Positions 1 through 7,382 of a stretch of 43,284 bases of DNA are shown piece after piece. The DNA lies in assembly GCA_031387195.1 (NCBI GenBank), contig JANNDA010001144.1:1-43284 (forward strand), written 5' to 3'. The notes below the pieces were generated by a model that had not been told where the DNA came from, did no database searches, and saw nothing but the letters and a program-made list of their open reading frames with translations. Positions within the stretch are counted from its first letter, which is position 1. Each line of letters opens with the position of its first letter. Made by a program: the position numbers and the translations under genes. This stretch comes from Planctomyces sp. (GTDB lineage: Bacteria; Planctomycetota; Planctomycetia; Planctomycetales; Planctomycetaceae).

Positions 1-1275
1 GGTCAAGGAGGCGTACTTGAACACAATCTTCTTGAAGGAAATGGACTTCGAGTGCCTCGGCATGAGCTGCGGCTGCTCCGGATCTTTGAGCAACGGTTTC
101 CAGTCCATCATTTGGAAGACCCGCTCGGTCGCCGCCCCGGCACGTTTCAGCTTTGTGTAGACCGATGAGAGCTTCCTCACGGGATCGAGAGTCCCCGCCA
201 ACAAGGCATACAAAACCGAAAGCTGTCCGATTTCCATCGTCTCAGACGCGAGCTTAATGCCCCAAATCGAATCCGTGTGACGCAGCACCAGATACGCACC
301 CGGCAGCAACGACAGGCAGACCGAGAACATAGCCAAGGATTCGGTCGTCGGGTTGGTCAGCGCGTCGATCCTGACGACCTTCATGGCCTTGTAGTAATAG
401 TCTTTGTTTTCTCGATGGAAGCGCTGTCGAGCTCGCCGTGCGCCGTTGTACGCGATGACGATCTTTATCCCATCAAACGTCTCCGCCAACGATTTATAGA
501 TCCGCGACATCCGCTCCATCATGTGATGACTAGCACGCTTCAACAGTTTGCCATAGCGATGAAAGGCCCCGGCCATCAACGGGACGAAGACCAGCGAGAG
601 CAGGGTCAAATGCCAGTTCACGTAAAACGCGCCAATGACGCAGGCGATCGCTTTGAGCGGTTCACGAATAATTTTCCCACCGAGCAGGCCGAGTCCATCC
701 GCCACCAGGCTGATGTCGTTTGTGAACCGCGACATCAGCTCCGAATTCCCTTTGAGTGACAGCGTTTGATAATCGAGTCGGAGTGCGTGCCGGAAACAGT
801 CCTTGCGCAAGGCCATCACCGCGAGTTCCACAACGCTGCCGACAAGCACCTCTTGGATAAACATCGCGGCATCTTTGATGACGGTTGCAAGGACGAGGAC
901 GCCCAAGATAAATGCGTAGGTGTCAAATTGATCCTTGGGGACCCACGGGATGATCCGCTTTTGCACCCAGTTCAAAATGACCAAGCGATGAGATGCGTCG
1001 CTGAGGTCCGAGCGATCTCGGTCTTGCTGCTTCAAGGCCCGATTGGGCTTCATCACATGTGTTTCAGCAGCCTTGATCGCCGCTTCTGCCACTTGGATCT
1101 CCGCCGAGACGTAATCGTTCAAGCTCTGCCCTTGCAGCAGGACTTTGACGATTAAAAACGACATCGAAATCGTGGCCGCCCACAACACAGCGACAACTAC
1201 CGCGAAGAACACGGACAAATAGATCTTCGAGCGATAGCGCCAAACGTAAGGCAATAAACGAGTAAGCTGATCCAC
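1..1275 (-). CDS. ABC exporter with fused transmembrane domain and ATPase (MsbA-like type). Only the N-terminal ~425 aa (TMD and start of NBD) are in the window; the 3' end runs off the left edge.
   Basis: It is absent from the ORF track because there is no stop in the window. My minus-strand translation from GTG 1275..1273 gives VDQLTRLLPYVWRYRSKIYLSVFFAVVVAVLWAATISMSFLIVKV... The frame stays open to nt 1 and ends ...ATERVFQMMDWKPLLKDPEQPQLMPRHSKSISFKKIVFKYASLT, a typical TMD-to-NBD junction. Confidence 0.85.
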   Translation of the reverse strand, partial: MDQLTRLLPYVWRYRSKIYLSVFFAVVVAVLWAATISMSFLIVKVLLQGQSLNDYVSAEIQVAEAAIKAAETHVMKPNRALKQQDRDRSDLSDASHRLVILNWVQKRIIPWVPKDQFDTYAFILGVLVLATVIKDAAMFIQEVLVGSVVELAVMALRKDCFRHALRLDYQTLSLKGNSELMSRFTNDISLVADGLGLLGGKIIREPLKAIACVIGAFYVNWHLTLLSLVFVPLMAGAFHRYGKLLKRASHHMMERMSRIYKSLAETFDGIKIVIAYNGARRARQRFHRENKDYYYKAMKVVRIDALTNPTTESLAMFSVCLSLLPGAYLVLRHTDSIWGIKLASETMEIGQLSVLYALLAGTLDPVRKLSSVYTKLKRAGAATERVFQMMDWKPLLKDPEQPQLMPRHSKSISFKKIVFKYASLT

Positions 1276-1378
1276 GGCTGATCCATCCTTGGAACATGAT
1301 CCCGAACGCTTCTTTGCCGTTCGGAAGGGGCGGGATTACAGCCCGTTTGGCAGGTGAGTGTCCAGACGAAATCCCGGC

Positions 1379-2446
1379 CTATGAAAAGGCGATCTTCAGC
1401 GTCTCGCCCAAGCGGACCAGGGCATCGGCGTGGTTTCGGTGGATTGGGATGCCCTCCACCTTCCAACGTTCCGCTCGCTCATGTTCGAGTTCTCCAGGCA
1501 GGCGAACTTTGTCAAAACCGTCTGCTGGTTCCAGGGCCCGTATTTCCGTCGTAGCCAAGCCGATTTCGGAGTAAAACTTTTCAATGTCACCAAACTTGGT
1601 TGGGTCGATCACATAGAAGAAATGCTCAGAGCCTTCCAAATAAGGGTCACGCTTCTTGCGGATCGGCATCCGGCGTCCCACCAACGGCCCAGCCAGCACC
1701 GAACACATGTAAGCCAGGCCGAATCCACGTGCTCCAGCGGCAGGAAGCAGCGTCTTCGCCGCCGAGGGTTCGTTCGTCTGGTTGCCTTCCGCGTCCAACG
1801 CCCAACCGTCCGGCAACGGCAGGCCATACAGCTTGCGAGTCTCCACTTTTCCCCAAGACGCCTCGGCACAAGCCATGTCGAGGACAAACGGCGGACCACT
1901 GCGGCTCGGCACGCCCCAGGCCAGTGCGTTGTTGGCCACGGCCGCTTGCTTGCTGCCGTAAGCCGCGACTGTCGGATAGGCGGTGCTCGTCGTGCTGTAT
2001 CCGATGCAGCCCTCTTGAATCGCCATGAGCGCGTACACCGACGCCGCTCCATAATGCTGGCCGCGAGTCACCACGACCGTACCGGTACCGACCTCCTTGG
2101 CCTTCTTGATCGCCAGCAGCATGGCCCTCGTCGAAGCGACGTGCCCCATTCCCTTGTTTCCGTCAATCACCGCCATCGCCGGGCTGTCAGTGACGACCAC
2201 CGTGCTCGCTCGCGGATCGATATTCCCTTCATCAATCGCTTGGATGTATCGCGGCAATGCTCGGCTGCCGTGCGAGTGGATCCCTCGAAGATCAGCCTCA
2301 ATCATGCGATCGGCGGTCATTTCGGCTTCAACCGCGAACATCGCCTTTTTGACGAGGATTTTCACGATCCAGTCGCGTAGGAGTGGCGCTGGCACAATGA
2401 CTTCTTGAGCGGCATCGCGCGGAATATCGGGAGTGACAGCGGTCAT
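1379..2446 (-). CDS. Ldh_2 family oxidoreductase (malate/L-lactate/sulfolactate dehydrogenase family 2)
   Basis: ORF 1379..2494. Family-typical stretches include DLRGIHSHGSRALPRYI, GNKGMGHV, TRGQHYGAASVYA and ALAWGVP. The start is probably the internal ATG (MTAVTPDIP) at 2446. Confidence 0.85.
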   Translation of the reverse strand: MTAVTPDIPRDAAQEVIVPAPLLRDWIVKILVKKAMFAVEAEMTADRMIEADLRGIHSHGSRALPRYIQAIDEGNIDPRASTVVVTDSPAMAVIDGNKGMGHVASTRAMLLAIKKAKEVGTGTVVVTRGQHYGAASVYALMAIQEGCIGYSTTSTAYPTVAAYGSKQAAVANNALAWGVPSRSGPPFVLDMACAEASWGKVETRKLYGLPLPDGWALDAEGNQTNEPSAAKTLLPAAGARGFGLAYMCSVLAGPLVGRRMPIRKKRDPYLEGSEHFFYVIDPTKFGDIEKFYSEIGLATTEIRALEPADGFDKVRLPGELEHERAERWKVEGIPIHRNHADALVRLGETLKIAFS

Positions 2447-2506
2447 GTTGAGTGTCCGTGGAAAATCTGGAGATGTTTTCGTCCGTCTGATCAATGATCG
2501 TGGAGA

Positions 2507-2836
2507 CTACAGGTAGTCGTTGCGGATCGGGTGGAAAATGTCGAGCGCTTTGCAGACGTTGTCCAGCGCCACGACATGATGTGTGACGCCGCCCGGAATG
2601 CGATACATATCGCCGGGGCCGAGAACGCGATCTTCGTCGCCCAAAAAGAAGTGAGCCTTTCCTTCGATGACCATCCCGACTTGCTCGTGCGGATGCGAGT
2701 GTGGTTGCACGACGGCATTCGGCTCAAAGGTGACGAGGCTCAGCATCATCTCACGGCAGGCTGCCGTCTGAATCTGAACTCCCGGGAAAATGTTGTGCTT
2801 CGAGGCGGAATCAGTTTCGACGAAATACTTTGACAC
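2507..2836 (-). CDS. Cupin-domain protein (cupin_2 type)
   Basis: 109-aa ORF with the two cupin motifs PHSHPHEQVGMVIEG and GDMYRIPGGVTHHV. It lies between zwf and the Ldh_2 gene on the same strand. Confidence 0.8.
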   Translation of the reverse strand: MSKYFVETDSASKHNIFPGVQIQTAACREMMLSLVTFEPNAVVQPHSHPHEQVGMVIEGKAHFFLGDEDRVLGPGDMYRIPGGVTHHVVALDNVCKALDIFHPIRNDYL

Positions 2837-2857
2837 GAGTCGGTCCTTGTAACGGGG

Positions 2858-4474
2858 CTAATTCTTCTGGGGCACGTCATGGGCTGTCGGAGTTCGCCAC
2901 TTGTGGCCGTTGGCGGCAAGCATTTGATTGGCTCGCTCTGGCCCCCAAGTGTTGGCGGCGTAAAGTTCAGGCATGACCGCCTCTTTCTCCCAGTATTCGA
3001 GAACCGGCGTCACAAATCTCCAAGCCTCTTCGAGTTCATCACTGCGTGTGAATAACGTCGAATCACCACGAAGCACATCGAGAAGCAAACGCTCGTAGGC
3101 TTCGGGAAGTTCGCCACCAAACGCCTCGTCATATTGAAAATCCATCGTGACCGGATGCAGTTGATACTGCATTCCAGGACGCTTCGATGAAATCGACATC
3201 AAGATGGCTTCGCTGGGCTGAATGCGAAACACCAGCGTGTTGGGTTGCGCGGTGACGAACTCGCATATGTCTCCGTCGCACTCGACCGTGTGAAACAGAT
3301 GCAGCGGCGGTTGTTTGAACTGGATCGCAATTTCGGAAACGCGCTCGGGGAAACGCTTGCCAGTTCGCAGATAAAAGGGGACGCCAGCCCAACGCCAATT
3401 GTCGATTTGCACGTGCATCGCGGCATACGTCTCACGCCGTGAACCGGGCTCAATCCGGTCTTCTTGCAGATAGCCCGGAAGTGTTTGTCCGTTTGATTCA
3501 CCAGTGGTGTATTGCCCCGGCACGGCCCAATCGGCGATCGAACCACGGCGTCCCGGCGAAAGGCATTGCAGCACTTTCAACTTCTCATCCCGAATCGCGT
3601 CCGCGTGAAAACGGGCGGGGGCTTCCATTGCAATCAGGCTGAGCAATTGCAGCACGTGATTCTGCATCACATCGCGGAGAGCTCCCGCTTTGTCGTAGTA
3701 ACCGCCGCGACCGCTTTCGATTCCTTGCGACTCGGCCACGGTGATTTGCACGTGATCGATGTGGTTGCGGTTGAGGAGTGGTTCAAAGATCGCGTTGCCG
3801 AACCGAAACAGCAGGATGTTCTGCACCGTCTCTTTGCCGAGGTAATGGTCAATGCGGTAGATCTGATCCTCGCGCAACAGCCGGTTCAGGGACTGGCTGA
3901 TGTGTTGCGAGGACTTCAAATCCTGGCCAAAAGGCTTTTCAAAGACGATTCGCAGGCGGTCGGACGATTCTGCCGGCGGGATTAGGCCAGCATGACTCAG
4001 GGACTCGACGGCTGGGATAAAAAGCTTAGGGTCCGTCGCCATGTAGACAACGCGAGTCCGCCCGGTTGCCCCGCCGCAGTTCTGCTCGATTTTCTCGATG
4101 ACTTGGCGTAGCGGGCTGAAATCCGCAGATTCGTCCAAGTTTGTCCGAGCATAGAAAAGTCGCTGAGAAAAGGTGGCCCACTCGGTGTCGGTCACATTAC
4201 GGACGAATTTCGTGACCGCTTCTCGCATCTCGGCCCGAAAAGATTCATCCGATTTTTCGCGGCGAGCGACGCCGATGATCGGAATCTGATCCGACAAGAG
4301 GTCCTTTCGAGCGAGTAAAAACAGGGCCGGCATCAACTTTCGAGCCGTCAAATCACCGGAAGCTCCGAAAATCAGGACCGTCGTTTTTCGTGCCGGCATA
4401 CTGAGTACGCTGGATGGCTGAATTGCCGCCGAAGAGGGGGAATCAGCGGAGTTGGGCATGGTCATTCCCTTCAT
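2858..4474 (-). CDS. zwf: Glucose-6-phosphate 1-dehydrogenase
   Basis: It has the dinucleotide-binding motif IFGASGDLTARKL and the active-site motif RIDHYLGKE, and is of Zwf length. The ORF extends to 4582, but ATGs at 4474/4465/4459 give a normal N-terminus and leave room for the divergent rpsR promoter, so the start is uncertain. Confidence 0.9.
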   Translation of the reverse strand: MKGMTMPNSADSPSSAAIQPSSVLSMPARKTTVLIFGASGDLTARKLMPALFLLARKDLLSDQIPIIGVARREKSDESFRAEMREAVTKFVRNVTDTEWATFSQRLFYARTNLDESADFSPLRQVIEKIEQNCGGATGRTRVVYMATDPKLFIPAVESLSHAGLIPPAESSDRLRIVFEKPFGQDLKSSQHISQSLNRLLREDQIYRIDHYLGKETVQNILLFRFGNAIFEPLLNRNHIDHVQITVAESQGIESGRGGYYDKAGALRDVMQNHVLQLLSLIAMEAPARFHADAIRDEKLKVLQCLSPGRRGSIADWAVPGQYTTGESNGQTLPGYLQEDRIEPGSRRETYAAMHVQIDNWRWAGVPFYLRTGKRFPERVSEIAIQFKQPPLHLFHTVECDGDICEFVTAQPNTLVFRIQPSEAILMSISSKRPGMQYQLHPVTMDFQYDEAFGGELPEAYERLLLDVLRGDSTLFTRSDELEEAWRFVTPVLEYWEKEAVMPELYAANTWGPERANQMLAANGHKWRTPTAHDVPQKN

Positions 4475-4597
4475 GATCGACGTGCTGAGAAATTGAAGCG
4501 GTCGAGGTGGGTTGAAACTCAACCGGCGCGGCATCATAATCCTCGCTTCTTTTTCGGGACACTGACGCGCGAATCTGTCCACAAAGGTAAGAATTGA

Positions 4598-4882
4598 ATG
4601 ACACGGCTATCGACAACTGAAATTAAAAAACGTCGTAAGAAGAAGTCACGGCTCAAGAAGAAGCTTACGTGCCGCTTCTGCCCGGATGGATGTGATAGTC
4701 CGCCGCGCCCTATTTATGTCGATTACAAAGACCTGAAAACGTTGCGTTTGATGGTCAGTCGGACGTCCACAATCATCGGGCGTCGTCGCACTGGCAGTTG
4801 CGCGAAGTATCAACGAGCTGTAAAAGAGGCCGTCTTACGGGCTCGGTTTATGGCGTTGCTTCCGTACGTGCCCGAGGAGTAA
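4598..4882 (+). CDS. rpsR: 30S ribosomal protein S18, Cys-containing form with a Lys/Arg-rich N-terminal extension
   Basis: 94 aa. The stretch CRFCPDGC...[51 protein letters not shown] matches the S18 core (E. coli: FCRFTAEGVQEIDYKD...[28 protein letters not shown]). Confidence 0.85.
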   Translation: MTRLSTTEIKKRRKKKSRLKKKLTCRFCPDGCDSPPRPIYVDYKDLKTLRLMVSRTSTIIGRRRTGSCAKYQRAVKEAVLRARFMALLPYVPEE

Positions 4883-4990
4883 CGGTGGCGGCTTCGGTCG
4901 TTCGTTCGCTTGCGGTGAGTCGATTTCGTTTGGTCTCAGGGTGTGGCGAGTTTGTTTTCACATCCCGCTTTGCTGTTCGGTGAGCATTCA

Positions 4991-6361
4991 ATGTCTACGC
5001 TGACTATGTCCAAGAGCCGCGCGGAAAATGTTTTGGCTCCTCGCCCGGTGGTTGATGTCCGGCAGGCGATTCTCGAAGCCGATCCGTTTGGCCCCGAACA
5101 GGTGAAGCAATTGCGGTTTGCCATTGCTGGCTCACAGGTCGGTGATGTTCGGCAGGCGTTGGCCGAACTTTCCAACAATGTGGCCGATGGCGAGGCCAAC
5201 AAGCGCAATCACATTGCGTTGGGCATCACCTGCTATTTGATGGCCCGGCATGCTCTGGCTGCTGAGCATTTAGCCAAGGTCAGCGGCGACGCGACGGCGA
5301 CGTATTATCTGGCTCAGGCGATGGTTTCGTTGGGCCAATTCGACGAAGCGGCTGCGAAGTTTGAACAGGCCACCGCACAAGGCTGGGACAATGTCGATTC
5401 GACGCTGTTTCGCGCCGGTGCGATCCGCCAAGCGGGCCGACTTGATGAAGCGGAGGCGATTGTCCGCAGTACCGCCCGTGCCGGTGCCACCCGAGCCGAG
5501 TACTCATTCCAGATGGGGTGTATTCTCGCCGAGCGGAGCGACACGTTTGGCGCGATCGAGTACTTTGAGCGTGCCGTGGACATGGACCCGCACCATACCG
5601 GAGCCCTCTTTCGTCTGGCGAATCTGAACAATCAACTGGGCAACGATGAGGACGCGATCAAGTTATACGAGCGGGCGTTGTCGCGGCCGCCGTTCTTCTT
5701 CGGAGCCTTGGTCAACCTCGGTTTGATGTATGAAGACCAGGAAATGTACGCCCCGGCCGCGTTCTGTTTCCGGCGAGCGCTGGAGTTTGATCCGACCAAT
5801 CTGCGAGCTCGGCTGTACCTCAATGATGTTGAGGCTGTCGGCGATATGTTCTTCGATGAAGAGACCGTCCGACGTAATCGTGATTTGGAAGCTGTCCTCC
5901 TCGTTCCGATTGCGGACTTCGAGCTATCGGCTCGCAGTCGTAATTGCTTGGACCGCGCGGAAATTTTCACGTTGGGTGATCTCACACGGATTACCGAAGC
6001 CGAACTGCTGTCCAACAAGAACTTTGGCGAGACGTCATTGAAAGAAGTTCGCGAGATGATGGAGTCACGAGCCCTGACTGTTGGTCAGTCGCTCGCGATG
6101 GGAAAACCGGCTGCCGTATTGACGCTGGCTCGCGAAGACGTCGCTCCCGAGGTGCGTGCCAAGCTGGAGATGACCGTTGGAGATTTGAATCTCACGGTTC
6201 GATCGCGAAAGTGCCTTTCTCGCTTGGGTATCACGACCGTTGGCGAGTTGGTTGCGAAGTCAGCCGACGAACTGTTGACCGTGCGAAATTTCGGTGTCAC
6301 GTCGCTCAACGAGATTCGAGCGAAATTGACCGAAGCCGGCATGGCCTTGCGTAACGACTGA
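4991..6361 (+). CDS. TPR-repeat protein with two C-terminal RNA polymerase alpha-subunit C-terminal-domain (alpha-CTD, helix-hairpin-helix) copies
   Basis: The N-terminal ~300 aa are TPR-like (YFERAVDMDPHHTGALFRLANL, LYERALSRPP, CFRRALEFDPTN). They are followed by IADFELSARSRNCLDRAEIFTLGDLTRITEAELLSNKNFGETSLKEVREMM and VGDLNLTVRSRKCLSRLGITTVGELVAKSADELLTVRNFGVTSLNEIRAKL. Both match the RpoA CTD pattern (ELSVRSxNCLK...IGDLV...ELL...NFGKKSLxEI). The ORF begins at GTG 4943; ATG 4991 is preferred. Confidence 0.85.
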   Translation: MSTLTMSKSRAENVLAPRPVVDVRQAILEADPFGPEQVKQLRFAIAGSQVGDVRQALAELSNNVADGEANKRNHIALGITCYLMARHALAAEHLAKVSGDATATYYLAQAMVSLGQFDEAAAKFEQATAQGWDNVDSTLFRAGAIRQAGRLDEAEAIVRSTARAGATRAEYSFQMGCILAERSDTFGAIEYFERAVDMDPHHTGALFRLANLNNQLGNDEDAIKLYERALSRPPFFFGALVNLGLMYEDQEMYAPAAFCFRRALEFDPTNLRARLYLNDVEAVGDMFFDEETVRRNRDLEAVLLVPIADFELSARSRNCLDRAEIFTLGDLTRITEAELLSNKNFGETSLKEVREMMESRALTVGQSLAMGKPAAVLTLAREDVAPEVRAKLEMTVGDLNLTVRSRKCLSRLGITTVGELVAKSADELLTVRNFGVTSLNEIRAKLTEAGMALRND

Positions 6362-6444
6362 TTGCTTTCTGTTGTGGATGCCCGCTGAATTGCTGCCGAA
6401 TATCCGTGCCACGGGCGGCTCGGCTGTGATTTCTTTGGGGACAT

Positions 6445-6473
6445 GAGCAGGCGAGCCGCCTGCTCTACGTTTT
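6445..6473 (+). terminator. Rho-independent-type terminator after the TPR/alpha-CTD gene
   Basis: The stem gagcaggcg / cgcctgctc (6445-6453 / 6457-6465) has a 3-nt loop and is followed by tacgttttt (T-run 6469-6473). Confidence 0.5.
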
Positions 6474-7199
6474 TCAAGCCGAACGTTTGCGAATCGCGCG
6501 TGGTGATCGCAGTTTTTTCGCGGGCTTCACGGGCTGGTACAGCCACGCTCGTTGCTGCTTGCCGATCGTTTCCCAGTGGTTGAGTTTGCGGAAGCAGTAC
6601 GCAATCTTTTGAGCCAGCCATCGTGGTACACCGGCAGCGATCGCGAGGTCGGCGGTCGTGAAGGGTGGCCCCTGACAGAGTTGCTCGACGGCTTGTGGAA
6701 ACAGGTCGAGCAAATCTTCGGGGGAGCGGATCAGACGTCGTTCTTCGACGCTGACGAGGCAGCGATCTTCGGTCGTGTAGTCGCGCTGCCGTTTCCACCG
6801 TCTGGGGCGAGCGACTCGAAACTCTTCCTCCGTGATCAGGAGCAATTCCAGAGTCAGTGCAGGATGCGGGAACGCTCCGATAAAGTGGACGAGTTCACTG
6901 AAGACGTCGTGGAAGCCCTGTCGGCGCGGGCTCCAGCGACGAGAGATTTCCTCACCGCCACGTTTCTGGCGACGAACAATCTGCTTGCGAGCGGTCAGCG
7001 GTTTGACGACCGTGACCTCGTAACCTTGTTCCAGTAAGTCAGCGATCTTTCGCTTGATTGCGAAGAGCGATGCGACTTGCACTTCGATCAGTCGCCCGTC
7101 AACGACCGCGTCGATGCGATAGCCAGCCAGCGTTTGCTCTTCGTCCGCCTCGTTGCCAGAGAGGAGTCGCTTCAATTCGCGGTGCAGTGACGTTTCCAT
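6474..7199 (-). CDS. Hypothetical protein with an N-terminal PD-(D/E)xK-like (CoiA-like) nuclease-fold motif and a C-terminal winged-helix-like region
   Basis: ORF 6474..7223. The stretch METSLHRELKRLL...GYRIDAVVDGRLIEVQVASLFAIKRKIADLLEQGYEVTVVKPL fits a D...(E)xQ/K restriction-endonuclease-like core of the type seen in CoiA-family nucleases. The C-terminus (PFTTADLAIAAGVPRWLAQKIAYCFRKL) looks HTH-like. No family is confidently named. Confidence 0.6.
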   Translation of the reverse strand: METSLHRELKRLLSGNEADEEQTLAGYRIDAVVDGRLIEVQVASLFAIKRKIADLLEQGYEVTVVKPLTARKQIVRRQKRGGEEISRRWSPRRQGFHDVFSELVHFIGAFPHPALTLELLLITEEEFRVARPRRWKRQRDYTTEDRCLVSVEERRLIRSPEDLLDLFPQAVEQLCQGPPFTTADLAIAAGVPRWLAQKIAYCFRKLNHWETIGKQQRAWLYQPVKPAKKLRSPRAIRKRSA

Positions 7200-7382
7200 G
7201 CGCGAGTTGTAGGCCACAGGCAAAAATAAACGCGAGACCAGTCGTTGGCGTTTGAGTTCAGGCTAGTGACGAAGTTGCTGCGAGCTTGACGACATGCGGA
7301 GGGACTTGGATGCTGTCGCCCCCGCTTGGACGGCGTCGGCATTCGTGCCAAGACGCAAACTTGATTCCCGCCGAAGGAGCCC

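Noticed and set aside
1430-2380. 316-aa plus-strand ORF overlapping the Ldh_2 gene
   Set aside because: It is antisense to a gene with clear family motifs, and its translation is Arg/His/Ser-rich with no motif.
6085-6798. 237-aa minus-strand ORF overlapping the 3' end of the TPR/alpha-CTD gene and the nuclease-like gene
   Set aside because: It is out of frame with both supported genes, crosses the terminator hairpin, and translates to Arg/Ser/Thr-rich low-complexity sequence.
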